From Podarcis cretensis (Eukaryota), in the NCBI GenBank assembly GCA_951804945.1, contig OX638166.1, positions 33,790,001-33,854,000 on the forward strand: a stretch of DNA of 64,000 nt, in the 5' to 3' direction. The notes beneath the pieces are model-generated. The model was not told where the DNA came from. It did no database searches and was given only the letters and a program-made list of their open reading frames with translations. Position 1 is the stretch's first letter; every line of letters begins with the position of its first letter. The position numbers were made by a program, and so were the translations under genes. Below, in pieces: positions 12,454-26,762 of the stretch.

Positions 12454-15400
12454 CCCATTGAAAACAGAGGAGGGGGGAATAGTCCAATGAGGACTGAACA
12501 AAGGACTACAGGACTGTTTGGGGCGGGAGGCACATACCAGAAGTGTGTATGTGGAAATGCAGTATCCTGGAAAACAGCATGGCCATCTGGCTAGATCTCT
12601 GGAGCACTCTATGCTGCATCATTTTGTTGCAAGTCCTACTGGAAAAGAATATTGCCCAGACCCAAAAAAGGCTGTTGCTTGGTCTTTGATGCTTCTACCC
12701 TGAGACCACAATTGATCCAGTGGCTCCTTAATAACCACCACAAGCTGTTGTGTCTGCAGCCATCTTTGACTAGAACACCGAGAAATAAATTTGGGTGCGG
12801 AGTACTATGTAGTGTCAGAGTTGAGGTTCAGCACTTAGAACTTTACCTCAAATCTCCTACTAATTACCCACTAATTAATTTCCTTGGAGTGTGTGCCTAT
12901 TCTTGTAGTGCTGTGGGCTGACCCTGAATTTGCTGTCCAGAAGCCTACAGCCATCCAGTAAACAGGGCTGTCAATTACAAAAAACATCCCAATGTGTGTA
13001 CAACAAGCAAACTGGCGACACACCCTTTGAATGGTGGGAGCTGCTATACTGCCGCTAAGGGAGATGGGCCATGGTTTTCATGTTTGCTGCTGCTTCTGTA
13101 ATCCAGCACAATCTGGCACTTCAGCAGCAGGCAAGGGGGCCTGGGAGAGAAAAGCCCCCAGCCTGTTATCTCATGCCAGCTGCCTAACACCTGATACCTG
13201 AGCACAGGGATGGGAAGGGGGGCTGCCAGCCAGCTGTGAACACCTGTCCCTGTCAGACGGCTGGATGGTCTCTCCAGCTGTTCACACAAGCCCTGCAGCT
13301 GCGCTGCTTAATTGGCGATTTGTTGAGATGGCTGGGAACAAAACTCAACAAGACAAAGGAGGAGGGGGGAGAGGAGAGAGAGAAAGAGGGGGAATGCATA
13401 TGAATACAACCTGTTCCACAGCCTTGAGGCTTCTAAGGGGGAGGAGACACCTTTGGGATCATATCATCTAAGCGCAGCACAGGATGATGTGACAGGATTA
13501 CAAATGCATAACTAAAAGCCTAATCTAGAGCAGCCCCCAGGTGCAAAGTACATTCACTCCCCACAGTTCCGCTGCACAACCCTATCCTATCGAATGTGCT
13601 GCAAACAGAGAGCAGGTGTAGGGCAGAAGGTGCTTGGAGAGCAACTGGCTCAAGAAGACATGTGCCACATGCTGCCTGGGAAGGCAAATGGAAAAAGCGC
13701 TCCATACACTTCCTACCCGGACCAGAGGGTAAATTGCTTCTTGACTCCAAATCTGGCAGCCAAACACTGAAAATTAGCAACCCATTTCACTAAGTCTTTG
13801 CAGTTGTTGTTTTTGTGTTTCCAAGCAAAGGCCATCTTCTTCAAGGCTCCCTCTCAAAAGAAGACGTGCATCTCCTGTCATTCACTTTCTATTACTAGGC
13901 AGGAGTGGACCTGCAGCTCCGACCTTGCCTGGGCCCTCCATAGACCATTTGCTGGCCAATTTTGGATCTGAGTTATGCTTTTCGCAATGTCAAACGCTAG
14001 GAATTCTACAAGTGTGAATGTGCTGGTTGGGGTGGGGGTAGATAGATTTTACCAGATACTGTTCTTTCTTGTTCTTTGAAGCCTCTATGGTAATTTCAGT
14101 TAGCTCTCCAAAGATGCAGAGTTGCTTAGTTCCTGCAGCAATTGTGCAATGTCCACAAACTACCTACTTCATAGCTATCTAATGTATACCCTATAAAATT
14201 TTCAGGCAAGAGCATTTCCTCAAATATACACAGCAAGGAGGTCCCTTTTCTGCTGAGACATCTGACCTGTTAGCAAGGTGTGGGTAGCAGGTACCATAAG
14301 AATATATGTCTCTTTGTCATTAGCTAAGAATGCTGAATGGGGTCGGATAATTTTTTATTGCTAACATATAAAAGGGATGAAAGAAAGATCAATGGAAAAA
14401 GCCAGTGTAAGAGGCGTTTTATTCTGAAACCAATTTCCTTCTTTTCTCCCAGGATATCACAGATTCACAATCATCCCTGCAAATGCTGGACAGGAATTTG
14501 AAGAGATGATTGGCGTGGGAAGGAATTTTGTTAGCTAACTGAAGCGGGTATAACCTGCTCACACTAGTCACTCTCACCACAGACAGTCATGAACGTTGGC
14601 GATACTTCCAAAGCGCATTTCAACTTTGCAAAGAAGTCTGAATTTGTCAATCATTTTTTATTTCCACGTTTCAAAATGGGCAAATGATCTCATGGGGAAT
14701 GCAGAGAAAAATATCACCAAGCAAGCACACAAATGCCCTAACTAGAGAATGACACGAGTCATGTCAGAAAACTGCTATTTCAAAATGATAGCAAAGGGTT
14801 TGTGTGTCAGTCAAGAAAACAGGATACAGACAAAGCATTGCAACCACCTCCTGATTAGCATGAACTGAATTCAGCTCACTCAAGTCTCAGGTGCAGACCG
14901 TGTCAAGCTCTGGCATCTGAAGTCCCTTAGTTAGAAAGACTAGGAATTGACAAAGGGCTCTCAAATGAGCTGAACTATGCTCCCCTGCTGGGCTATGGAT
15001 GTTGATCTCATCCCCCCATCCCTTTTTTCCATCCATTCTATCACATCCGTTTAAGCGTTTTGGTTTTTAATTATATTCTGCTTCTTGTCTTTTGGTCTCC
15101 AAATAGAGAACTCTGCTTCCACATAACAATTCAACAGCAATAGCATCCTATCCCAGAAGTATCTGAATCCCAAGCCTGCCTGCAACAAGGAATCCCTGGA
15201 TAAACAGATTGCTGTTATGCTCCAGCCTAAGGGCAGCTGATTCCCAGCACTGAGTAAGCAATCCCAGTACAAACAGTTGCTGTGCCTCACCTCAGAGGCT
15301 GCTGCATCTCAGCAAAGCCTCTTCCCAACAGACTCCATGTAGCATCCTCTCCATTCTCACAAACCTGCACCCAAGCTGCCTCCCTCCTTATTAATCCCCT

Positions 15401-16241
15401 TCCTCTTTATTCACAGAGACCCCCTCATGCACACAACCAACAAATACATGCTGTCACTCACAACCTCCGCTTGGCATCTACAAGCTAGCATCTTCTCTGG
15501 CATCAGTGCTTAAACATTTTACTCCCAACAACACATGACACAGGGAACATTTAGAAATCATATCCTCTGTATTGCAGATCTATACTACATTGTATTATGC
15601 TCTATGCAAACATCATGTAAATGTGAAGATCTCTGTGTTCAATGTGTGCAATTTACCTCTTTTCTCTATTGTGCCTACACGCTAGAATGCTTTACTGAAT
15701 AGCGTCCCACTGGTCCCTTCTTTCCATGCTCCAGAATCCTAGGCTTGTTTCAGGGCTTACATTGTCTTAGCATCCAACTACTGTGCTTGGATCCGTACCA
15801 CTTGGTCTCAGGCCACAACTTTGCTGGTCCTGGGTTCTCTTTTTGTCATTCTATCCTTGTGTCTCATCCCCACCCCATTTCACCCCATTTCTCTTATTTT
15901 AGGTCTGGGCTCCCCTCTAATCCTGCACTGGGAATTTGTCTATTAAAGAGTTACACCCCAATCCTGTCGTAAATAACTATATCTCTGCTCCTCTGAAATG
16001 TTCTATCCAGCCTGTGGAATCTGTAGGTAGCTGTCCAAACACAGTTCCTTCAGCTCCTTAACACAGCTACCACTTGCCTGCACTTTCTGCAAAATGTCTC
16101 AGGGGATGCAAAGGAAAACTCTGAGTATCAGGACCAGAAATTACAGCAGCCTACAATACCTCAAGGAATATGTGTCAGAAGAGACTAGAATCTGCCTATG
16201 TTCCTTTTAAATCCTGCCTCACAAACCTAAGGCATTATCTA

Positions 16242-16700
<459 letters not shown>

Positions 16701-16924
16701 TCAAGACTAGGAAGGGCAAGCAGCTGTTTTCTTTTATTCCACCAGTGGCCTGTGGTTTTGGAAAGTATTGGTTTACAACAGTAGATAGTCCTCCTACTGC
16801 CCAGGCATCCTTCACAATGGGAGTGACTGAGAGAGGACACTGGTAAAAGAGGCATCATTTGCTTCCAAGGCTGAGGCCCTCCAGCAGGACTTCTGTATTA
16901 TGCAACAGTTGCGGGGAGACATAC

Positions 16925-17045
16925 CTGCTAGAAGGTGGAGATGTTATTGACCGTCTACCAAGAGCCACTTGATTGATGTTGTAGTAACTGGGACTCTCGA
17001 GGTCAGCCAGTGAGAAATTTGGACCAGACGCTGTGGCAACAGGAG
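16925..17045 (-). CDS. NFIX: NFIX coding exon 5 (121 nt): (T)[39 protein letters not shown](S)
   Basis: Contained in ORF 16855..17109. Acceptor tccag|CT, donor AG|gtatg. Confidence 0.97.
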
Positions 17046-19053
17046 CTGGAGAATGAAAGAAAAACTCAGAGACTGGAGGATCGGCATCAAGAGAGAAACA
17101 AAATGTCAAACTGACTTCCTAAATCAGTAGCTGCCATCTTCTTGAATGAAGGTGGTTTGGTTTGATCTAATATTGGCAAGGCCAGTTCGGGACAATCCTG
17201 GCTACTAGCACATTCCCACCATGTGCTCTGCAGAATGAAGGCAGATGTCACCAGGCTTGAAGAAGCTCCATCTCTCCGTGCTGTTATCTTAGTCATTCGT
17301 TTTTGACAACCAGAGACATTTGCTGACTCCAGCATCAAGAATTACAAAAACAGTCTATTTCCTCTAACAGAACTGTTACATGGAAACCAGGCCAGGGCGC
17401 TCTGCTGAGGTGTTGCTCAGGCAGTTTGCTAACTTCAAGATGCCAACATCTGTACTCTAGAACTGATTCCACACTTGAAAGGCAAACCAACTATTGCAAT
17501 GTGCACCCAGTAAAAGTCCTGACACTGTCATGGTATGGCAGTTTTCAGCCAGGGGTCATAGTGCAAGGAAGCCAGACAGCATGGATTTCATTGGTTGCTT
17601 TCCCCAGGAAACAGGAGATTCAGCAGTCAAATCAGCAAATGGCTTGCTAGACAGGGTTTTTTTGTTTTTTTCAGCCAGAACTTGCTGGAACTCAGTTCCG
17701 GTCATTCTAAGAGAACAAGGGAGGCATTCATAGTGAGTTCTGGTGCCTCCTTTTCTAGAAAAATATCACTGCTGATAGATACGCACATTACAGCCCTGAC
17801 TGTAGTAGCATGACCAGTAGCTGAAGCTACTGAGTGCAAGAAACTGCCAAAGAGAAAGGCAGCAGATTGAAATATAATGGCACACAAGGAAAGGGAAAAG
17901 ATAAAAGTGTAAGCAGGTTTGGGTTACTAAATTTGTTGCCCAAAGAGAGCAGTACTGGTTTGGCACTATATGGTGCTAAATAAGTCAACACTTGGTTAGG
18001 TAACTTGGAAACTGAGTGTCTGTTTCCCTTCTAGCTAAGGGGAGAACTTGAAAGCCTGCTTTCTAAAACTTTCCAATTTCATCCGTAAAACGATGAACAA
18101 ACCAAAAACTTCTAATGCAGCCAATGAAAATAGCCTAAAATAATAATAACCAGGAGAGTCACAAAATGCTCATGTTAATTCTGGCAATATTTGGGATCAA
18201 CTACCTCAACTGGACTTAAAGATGCGAAGGAGGTCCTATGATGGTCCTACATACACTTCAGCCTTCCTAGAAATGGTAGCAATAATAGGAATGAGAAGAA
18301 CCTCAAAGAAGCCCTTGCTAGGATTGGGCACTGCCGTCGCTGCTTCTTGTCATTTTGTGCCTCCTGTACTGATCCTGCTAGCCTATTTGCAGACACATTC
18401 CAGTGCCTGACATAGAAAGTTGAAATGGCAACCTTAATAATGGTAAAAAAACAAAATCATTACTCTGCTAAAGGGTAGGGCTGGCTCTGTCCATTTGTAC
18501 TAGCTGCTATCCTTGTGACGGTTGGCACTCTCTTCCCTGAGACTAATAAACCTTTTGGCTGGGAAGTACTCTTAGAATCCATGTTGGACCCACAGAACAA
18601 GATGACCGGAGCAAGTGAGACAAAATCTTTTTGCGACAATGTCAACCTTTCCAGGTGTTGAAACCTGAGAAGGAAAAAAGCCCCTATTTTTACACCACGT
18701 TCAACATGTAATTGGGATGCTTCCCCTTCCCTTGTAAATGCACTAAGTAGGAGAAGGGATGAGGCTGTGATGCTGCTGAGGGCAAGACCGTGATTAGGAG
18801 AAAGAGTCTTGCATTCATAACTCCGTAAAAAGAGCATGAATGTGGAGGGTGTCCATTTTAGCAATTTCTCAAATCTGACTCCACAAGCTTTCACTTCATC
18901 AAATCCAGCTTCCATGGGCTTAGCTTAGCAACAAGACCACAGAGCCATTTGAAAAGGCAGCCCAGTCATAGTCAGAGATGTCACAGTACACTGTACAACA
19001 AGTCTGAAAGCTAAGAAAGTGAGGAAAGGATGAGGCTACAGCCGCAGAGGTCA

Positions 19054-19257
<204 letters not shown>

Positions 19258-19652
19258 TCAGCAACAAGAGGTGGCTTGCTATAGCATAGTTGGACAGAAA
19301 GTGAGTCTAGTTTGCAATCTCCCTTCTAGGTCAACTCTGAATTCCATTTCTCCAGTGCTTCACATCTGAGTCCAAGGCTCCCGCTCTCAGATCTGGCCAT
19401 ATCCATTAATCAAATCTCAGCACCCCTTTTAGGTCTCACAATCTGCTACATTTATTTCTCAAATATGAAGGGAATGATTCCAAACCAGATGGTGAAGACC
19501 TCTGATTCGCAGCAGCACCTGCCACCCACCCCAACCTGGCCTCAGAAATGGGGATCTGAGGGGAGGGGAGAAATAAAAGGCTTCTGTGTGAGGAGACAAA
19601 TAGTCAGGAGAAGTGACCAGGGAATCTGATTCCTGGGCAGGAGTTCACTCAC

Positions 19653-19715
19653 CATTGGGCAGTGGTTTGATGTCCGCATCTCCTTGCTGGTTTGAATTGT
19701 CTGATTGTCCGGATT
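19653..19715 (-). CDS. NFIX: NFIX coding exon 3 (63 nt, phase 1-1): (E)SGQSDNSNQQGDADIKPLPN(G)
   Basis: Manual translation matches the recalled vertebrate NFIX segment just after the DNA-binding domain. Acceptor ttcag|AA, donor G|gtgag. Confidence 0.96.
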
Positions 19716-20476
19716 CTGAAACACAGAAGCAAAAACTGACATCAGGAGATGGTTGGAACAGAGAACAGAAAATGAGGGGCGATAGCTGAGGCTCGCTGTG
19801 TGGGCATCTTGCACCACTTCACTCCTTTTTGTGGCCAATAGAAAGACCGCTCCAAAAAGCTAAGCAACAAATAATGTTTCACTGGAAATGGCCAGGAGAC
19901 CTGGCTGTTTTTAAACAACTGATTGCCGTAATCAGAGAGGCCCTTTGATATGATGCTACAGGACAGGAGGATGAAGTAGAGGGTTCTTGTTTCCATGCTC
20001 CAACCCTACAAGATTACCAAGAATGAAGCCTGTGCTCCTTCCTCTACCAGATTACCCGGGATTATTTTCACCCACTGCTGAAGAGTATGGCACTGCTCAC
20101 TCAAAGGAGCCATCTGGATTTGTTCGTTACTAGGTTTCAGAAATGCTGAATGTATTTTTGTGACTGAGGCAGAAAATTTCAAATGGCACCCCTGCACCCC
20201 TGTCATGGTTCTAAAAATATAACAAACTAAATAATTGACATTTTGCTTGTCTTTTAATAGCACTGCCAAACCTGCTTCATGAGGCAGGCCACCTCACCTG
20301 CCTAATACTGGGGTCTATTCTGCCAAGCATTTTTTCTTGTTCTGCAGGCATCTCTGGCCTGACACAACCTATGAGATCGTTTCTTCTTCCTTGTCTACAG
20401 ACACACTACAAAATCTGAAGGATGAAGGTTAATTTGGTAACACAGTTGGTGGCTGTGCCTAGGCAGGGACAGCCTA

Positions 20477-20849
20477 GTAGTAGTACTACTACTAGTAGTA
20501 GTAACGCTGCCTATCTGTCTGGGTTTCCCCAGCCACTCTGGATGGCTTATAGCATATGTTAAAACATAAAACACCAACTTTCAGATGTCTTCTAAAAGTT
20601 GTGTAATTCTTTATCTCCTTGACATCTGAAGGATGTCAGGGCAGGCGCCACTACTGAGAAGGCCCTCTGCCTGGTTCCCTGTAACCTCACTTCTTGCAGT
20701 GAGGGAACTGCCAGAAGGCCCTCAGTGCTGGACCTCAGTGTCCGGGCTGAACAATGGGGGTGGAGGCGCTCCTTCAGGTATACTGGGCGGAGGCCATTTA
20801 GGGCTTTAAAGGTCAGCACCAACACTTTGAATTGTGCTTGGAAACGTAC
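20477..20849 (-). mobile_element. L2 LINE 3' fragment
   Basis: VLTFKALNGLRPVYLKERL...RTLRSS...RAFSVVAPAL, with a (TAC/TAG)n tail near 20477-20502. Confidence 0.88.
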
Positions 20850-21027
20850 ATGGCATTTCCTGCCATGTGTTTAATTCCACACACACCTAAACACCAGTTC
20901 TATTCTCCTAATTAAATTCTCCCTCTCCTTTCCTGAAGCTGCTATTTGCCCCTTGGGGAAAAACATGCAAATACCATACCACTGCTGCAGTCCCAATCCA
21001 ATTTGGTCCCCCTATGGCTGCAATTAA

Positions 21028-21384
21028 GGGACGAGGGTGGCGCTGTGATCTAAACCACAGAGCCTAGGGCTTGCCGATCAGAAGGTCGGCGGTTCGAATC
21101 CCCGCGATGGAGTGAGCTCCCATTGTTCGGTCCCTCCTGCCAACCTAGTAGTTCGAAAGCACATCAAGTGCAAGTAGGTAAATAGGTACCACTCTGGTGG
21201 GAAGGTAAACGGCATTTCCGAGTGCTGCTCTGGTTTGCCAGAAGCGGCTTAGTCATGCTGGCCACATGATCCGGAAGCTGTCTGCGGACAAATGCCAGCT
21301 CCCTCGGCCAGTAAAGCGAGATGAGCGCCACTACCCCAGTCGTCCATGACTGGACCTAATGGTCAGGGGTCCCTTTACCTTTTA
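21028..21384 (+). mobile_element. Sauria SINE (lacertid POM-type), full length with 17-bp TSD
   Basis: tRNA-derived head with A box (tggcgctgtgatc) and B box (ggttcgaatcc), and an (ACCTTT)n tail. TSD cctatggctgcaattaa (21011-21027) vs cctatgactgctattaa (21385-21401). Confidence 0.92.
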
Positions 21385-21461
21385 CCTATGACTGCTATTA
21401 ATTTTTTAAAATATACACACACATATGATCCTGGATGGCTCTGTTCTTATTCCCCACATAG

Positions 21462-21551
21462 GTATCATCCCTAAGAAGCAGGACCAGTGGTCAGGGATGA
21501 TAGGAATTGTAGTCCAAGAACAGCTGGAGACCGAAGTTTGGGAAACCCAGG
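21462..21551. mobile_element. Half copy of the hAT-type palindromic MITE at 56587
   Basis: gggatgataggaattgtagtcc...cagctggagaccgaagtttgggaaaccc matches one arm of the 56587 element. Confidence 0.7.
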
Positions 21552-23119
21552 TTTAAACTGTCAATAGATCAACAGACCTAGAAGCACTTAAGTGATGGAA
21601 TATGATGCACAAAGGTCAAAACCACATGCAATAGTGGCAGACTAAATGTGGGTCTGCCCCATTCATACAGAAGAGAGGGAGAATCCTAATTAAAAAGCAA
21701 ACAGATTGCAAATTCTCCACTGTTCCTAGTTACCTCCCTGCAGTTTGTCACCTGATGTGATTCCCTCCAGCTGGGCTCCTCTATCAAAACTGACTTAGGC
21801 ATGGAGAAAATCACTTGAGGGACAAATTAGGGGGTGATAAGCAGGAGCGGGAAAGGTTCAGGACCCTCATTCGCAAATCATTTTTTCACATTTAATTGCA
21901 GCCCATCAAGCCTCACTTCCCATGTGACTGGATCACATTTAAAGACCCACTGTTATAATGTGCAACGAGGTCTTAAGAGTTTGCTTGTTTCAGGGCAGGG
22001 ATTATTTAGGTTCAGGATATAAGAGTTGAGGGCTTAGGGCTTGTCCACACTTCTGCTTGGCCTGTGCTCAGAAAGCTGGGGCTGAGCAGTGTTGCGCGAT
22101 TGACGTTTGCTCCGACTGAGCTGTAAAGTCTGGCTGAGCCCTAAACTGTCTGTTGGGTTTACTCTGACTCTGTTTAATAAGTGGGACCACCCCATCACAT
22201 CCATGCAAACATGGAAGCCACCTCCTTATTATATCAGAAGCTGGCATGGGGGTATATATACACAGAGAGAATGTGATGGGCTTCCTCTGGAGCATGCAGA
22301 TCTTTAGCTTCTGCTCCCTTTGCAGAGCTTCCATTGTTCTGTCCCCAAAAGCCGCTGTGCTATTTACTGGCTTGTCCTTTTAGACACACACACACTTTTC
22401 CTCAAGGCCTCACTACCACTTAAGAACGACTTTCCCTGAAGGTTTCATTTACCAGCTAATGCCTCTTAAGCCTCAAAGAACCCCAAGGATGGAAGCAAAA
22501 GTTTGTCTACCCTGGTCATTAGGTGCCAGAGGTATTGCACGAGCACATTGAAATGCCAAATTCTAGAGAGAGCACTTGACAAGAAAAGAAAAGCCCTTCA
22601 AATCAGTGGTTTTTAATCAGCCAGGTGAGCTGGAATCTACAGCAGCTAAAAGACTGCACTATAACTCAGCAAGTGCCTGGTTTGACTCTCTTTCTACCAT
22701 GAGCTCACTAAGTATTCGTACATTAGTGGCTTAAAATGCAGTGAGGTTGCTCCCCCTACCCCAGCTGCAGTTTAATTCACATTTGAACATTGCTGTACAC
22801 ACCAGGGAGGGGGGTGGCAACATCTTCACCTAATGTGCATTGCCTGATTTTGTTCCCCCTCACCCGCAACCCCCTGAAAATCCTGTTCAAGGAAGCTGCC
22901 AGCTGCCAATGCACAATGGCTGCCTGAACTGTACACATCTCACTTTATCTGCAGCTTGCATTTTCAAGTTAGATGAAAGCTGGTTTGAAGGAAAACGTAT
23001 CAAGCCAGAGTATTTCTCAAGAAACTAATAGATATGGATTGTGGCTAACATCATGTGTACCTGACTTCAAGCGGCAGCAGTACGAGTGCACTGGAGCAAA
23101 AGTAATGTGTATATTCCAT

Positions 23120-23235
23120 TAGGTAAGCCACTTTCTCTAATTCAGCACCCCTTTTTGCAATATGAGGATAATAATACTGACCTGCCTTACAGGACTACTG
23201 TAAGAATTATAGAACTATAATGCATGTGAAGTGAA
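23120..23235 (+). mobile_element. MIR/CORE-SINE-like relic
   Basis: tgcaatatgaggataataatactgacctgccttacaggactactgtaagaatta resembles the CORE domain. Confidence 0.55.
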
Positions 23236-23898
23236 AAGGAGTTACATGATTTACTAGGTGCACAGAAATGGAGAAATTTTGAAATCGTCTTGCAAAGATA
23301 TGAACCTAAGAAAGAAGATACAGTACAAATGATGCACAGATACATGAGGGTGGGGATGGACATTTTAAGTATGGCTAAGTATCAAGATCCCATACTTTAA
23401 CGAGCTTTAAACAGGTTTCACAGCAACTATCTAAGTATTCCAAAGTTATTTCCACTCCCTCAACCCATCTCTAGTGTTTGAGTGGGGATTCAAATCCATG
23501 TAAACCAGAATGAATCCAAAGTTGAAGTGTATGGCTTTGTTCCTGTCATTTTTTCAATACTACCTAGTTTCCAGATGCCATCTAGCATAGAGTTCCTGGG
23601 CCTGTCACGCCTGCTTTGAAAGGAATATTGTCACAGATGGAAGTCATCCTGTCTTCAACTTGCTATGGTGGCAGAAGCAGACCATGCCTGCATTCTTGTT
23701 CTTCTACACTACTCAAAGAAACTCCATGCTAAATGGCATCTAGGAATCCTAGACCTAGTTGGCTAAAGACTCATTTCTTCCCAGTGTCCAAGATAGAAAA
23801 TCCATACCCAACCCATTCCTCTGCTGATTGAAAAAATATCCCTCTTGGTTAGGAGAAAACCCCTTTTTTCTTTAACCATGGGGGTCAGAAACATGCCC

Positions 23899-24239
23899 TA
23901 AAGGTAAAGGGACCCCTGACTGTTAAGTCCAGTCATGGACAACTCTGGGGTTGCGGCACTCATCTCACTTTATAGGCCGAAGGAGCTGGTGTTTGTCGGG
24001 GTCATGTGACTAGCATGACTAAGCCGCTTCTGGCGAACCAGAGAAACGCACGGAAACACCGTTTACCTTCCCACCAGAGCAGTACCTATTTATCTACTTG
24101 CACCAGACATGCTTTCGAACTGTTAGGTTGGCAGGAGCAGGCACCGAGCAACGGGAGCTCACCCCGTCGCGGGGATTTGAACCGCCGACCTTCTGATTGG
24201 CAAGCCCTAGGCTCTGTGGTTTAGACCACAGCGCCACCC
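23899..24239 (-). mobile_element. Sauria SINE, with internal deletion relative to the 21028 copy
   Basis: Reverse complement of the 21028 family: aaaggtaaagggacccct tail and ccacagcgccaccc head. Confidence 0.9.
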
Positions 24240-25840
24240 TTTTTTCCTCTAAATGGAAGCTCCAATTTGCATCTTGTATCTTGTCAAGCAGCCACAGACA
24301 GTGGTGTGGGCATGGCCTACCTAGCAGATTTCTAGGCATCTTGAAAGAAAAGTTTATCTTGGTTTATTGACAATTCAACAAGTAACAGAAAAAGAGAAGT
24401 ATCTGGGCAGGTAAAATACAAGAGGAAATGTTTATGGGACCTCAAATAGCTTTGCTGTCCTCAATTTTTGAGCCCCTCATCCCTGTGCTGGAAGACCACC
24501 TGCGCTCACCATGCAAACGAGGCCTAAGACCTCCAAAGAGTTAACCAGCCCATCCCTTTCCTGTCCAGACTTGGCGCAGCAAGGCTAGCTGCAGAACTCA
24601 GGTTACCTATGTCAACAACACTGCAAGTTTACCTCTATCGGAGCCAAAGCAAAGCAAAAAGAAGCCAGGAAATGTGCCTCATACTCTGCAACAGCTGGGG
24701 AAGCACTAAGGAAATATTTCAGAGTTGGTTCTCTCTCTTCCCCCCACCTCTTCTCCCTTCCCTTTCAAAGTTGGCCGAGGCACACTGTTCCCTTTCGGCC
24801 TTGCGACTGCTGGCAGCCATTTTAAAACTTGGCAGCCATTTTAGTGCTGGCGGCTAGGACTGCTCCCCCAACGCCGGCAGCAGGCAACCGGCAATCGGAC
24901 AGAGGAGCGTGGCTTTGCTTAGCCCAGGGACAGATAGAAGATAAATTCTTAAACACTACGCGCAAGAGAGGCACCGGGGGTTTGCTTCAGAATTAATAAA
25001 TCATGATTTTGTTTTTCTTTCCAGTTTAAAGAAATGTTGCAGCAGCAGAGCAGAGAACTTGAAGAATGAAACAGGCAAAACGCACTTCAGATACCCATGC
25101 TGCTTTAGGTCAAGCTTCAGACATCGTAATTTCTTAGGTGGGGTGTCATCTTCATCTAACGAAATGTACTGTGCATATTGCAACATAGTTTGTTGCCTCA
25201 ATAACACAGATTGAACAGCCTTCCCTTGGGATCGCACAAAAAATCCATCACAAGCACCGTTTTGGCCATTGTTCAATATTCACACAAGTGACTTTTCACT
25301 CAGCGAGAATGGCAAGATATCATCTCCACAAGAGATGGGAGAAGAGTCTTGCTGTGGGGGCAGTAGAGGAAAGCACTGCTATTGTCCCCCCTTAAAATAT
25401 GGCTAGGTGTTCAATCCTGCACTGCAATGCATGGTAGTCTCAGAAACTGTGATATCTACACAAGAATGAGCGCTCACACCTTCCTTTGTGGGCGCTCTTT
25501 GCAAGGACCACGCACAGCACCTCTGGCCACGTGGGACTTACCAGCTGGTTGGAGTGGCCCACCTCCCTGTGCTAGTCCCGTCAAACCCCAGTTAACCTAT
25601 CAACACCTTTGGGAGGCGGGGCTAGTTGCATAAATAAGGAGGCGGAGCCAGCAGCAAACACAAGAAAAACCTCTACTCTGAGCAAATAAGAAATGTGGTC
25701 TGCGTGCAACAGGTGACAGATAATGTTCAAGGTATATTTGCAAAAAACCCAAGTGATTAAAGTTATTATGTAATTTGTGTTTTCATTTTGTATTTTAATG
25801 TTGTGGTCATCTTTGGATAAAGGATGGTATATAAATGTTA

Positions 25841-25867
25841 ATGATGATGATGATGATGATGATGATG
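25841..25867. repeat. (GAT)n microsatellite
   Basis: Seen directly. Confidence 0.9.
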
Positions 25868-26540
25868 GGAGCAGGACAAGGGAAGAAATCAGGAATCAGA
25901 AGTTCTATTTCTGAAACAAGGAGAAAAATAGGATTGAGAGAAATATTGTTTATTTATTTTGGGAAGGTTGATTGAAAAAAGAAAAAGAAAAAAACCCTGC
26001 TTCCCAGCATAGCTCTTGAAGCTGCTAACAATAATAACATCAGAAAAATATGCTAAAAACAACTTCAACAAATGGCAGTGACAAAAATCACAGCTCTCAC
26101 CAATATATGTAGGATATTCCAAACATGGTTGGGTAAGACCCCTCCTACCCTCGGTAAAACTGTCATTATTATGAGTTTCCGAAAAGTTGCCCAATGAGCT
26201 GGGCAAGGCGAGTTGATCTAGGCAAGGAATGCCATGCTGCCATGGAGATCTTGCCTGGTCATCATCACCTGTTTTCTACTTCGCCAGGAGTGCCACTACA
26301 GTGCCACCTTCTAAAATGATCTTAAAAGCTGACCTTAGGGGGGCAGAGAGAGAGAGAGAGATTCAGTTTCACCCTAAACTCCTGGAAGAGGTTAGCCTTG
26401 TCCAGATAAAGAAGATTAGAAAATGATCGCTAATTGCTTCAGTCAGATAGCAAATGAAAGCAGCAGGTTCTAGGAACCAGACATGTTTCTCACATAAGTC
26501 TTCAGTTAGATATTAGCTGGGGGCTTTTGTGCATTTTAAA

Positions 26541-26750
26541 AATAATTATTAATTATTAATTTGTCAGTCGCTTTATCTTGTGCAGGGCAACCCAAAGACA
26601 CTTACAAGCAAATGGACGATAAACCCCACACGGATGCATTAAAACCAGAAGGAAAGAAAAATACATTAAAAACATCTCACCAACTTCTAAAAGGCAACAG
26701 TTAAAGGCAAAAGGCCTGGTTATAGAGAAAGTTTTTGCTTAACGCTTAAG
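26541..26750 (-). mobile_element. Old L2 3' end
   Basis: AT-rich tail, then cgcttta...ccaaagacacttaca and aaggcctgg...gtttttgc, the pattern of L2 termini seen elsewhere in the window. Confidence 0.5.
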
Positions 26751-26762
26751 GAGCCATTGGAA

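Noticed and set aside
21028-21110. tRNA gene
   Set aside because: The A and B boxes belong to a SINE head, which continues into a SINE body and tail and is flanked by a TSD.
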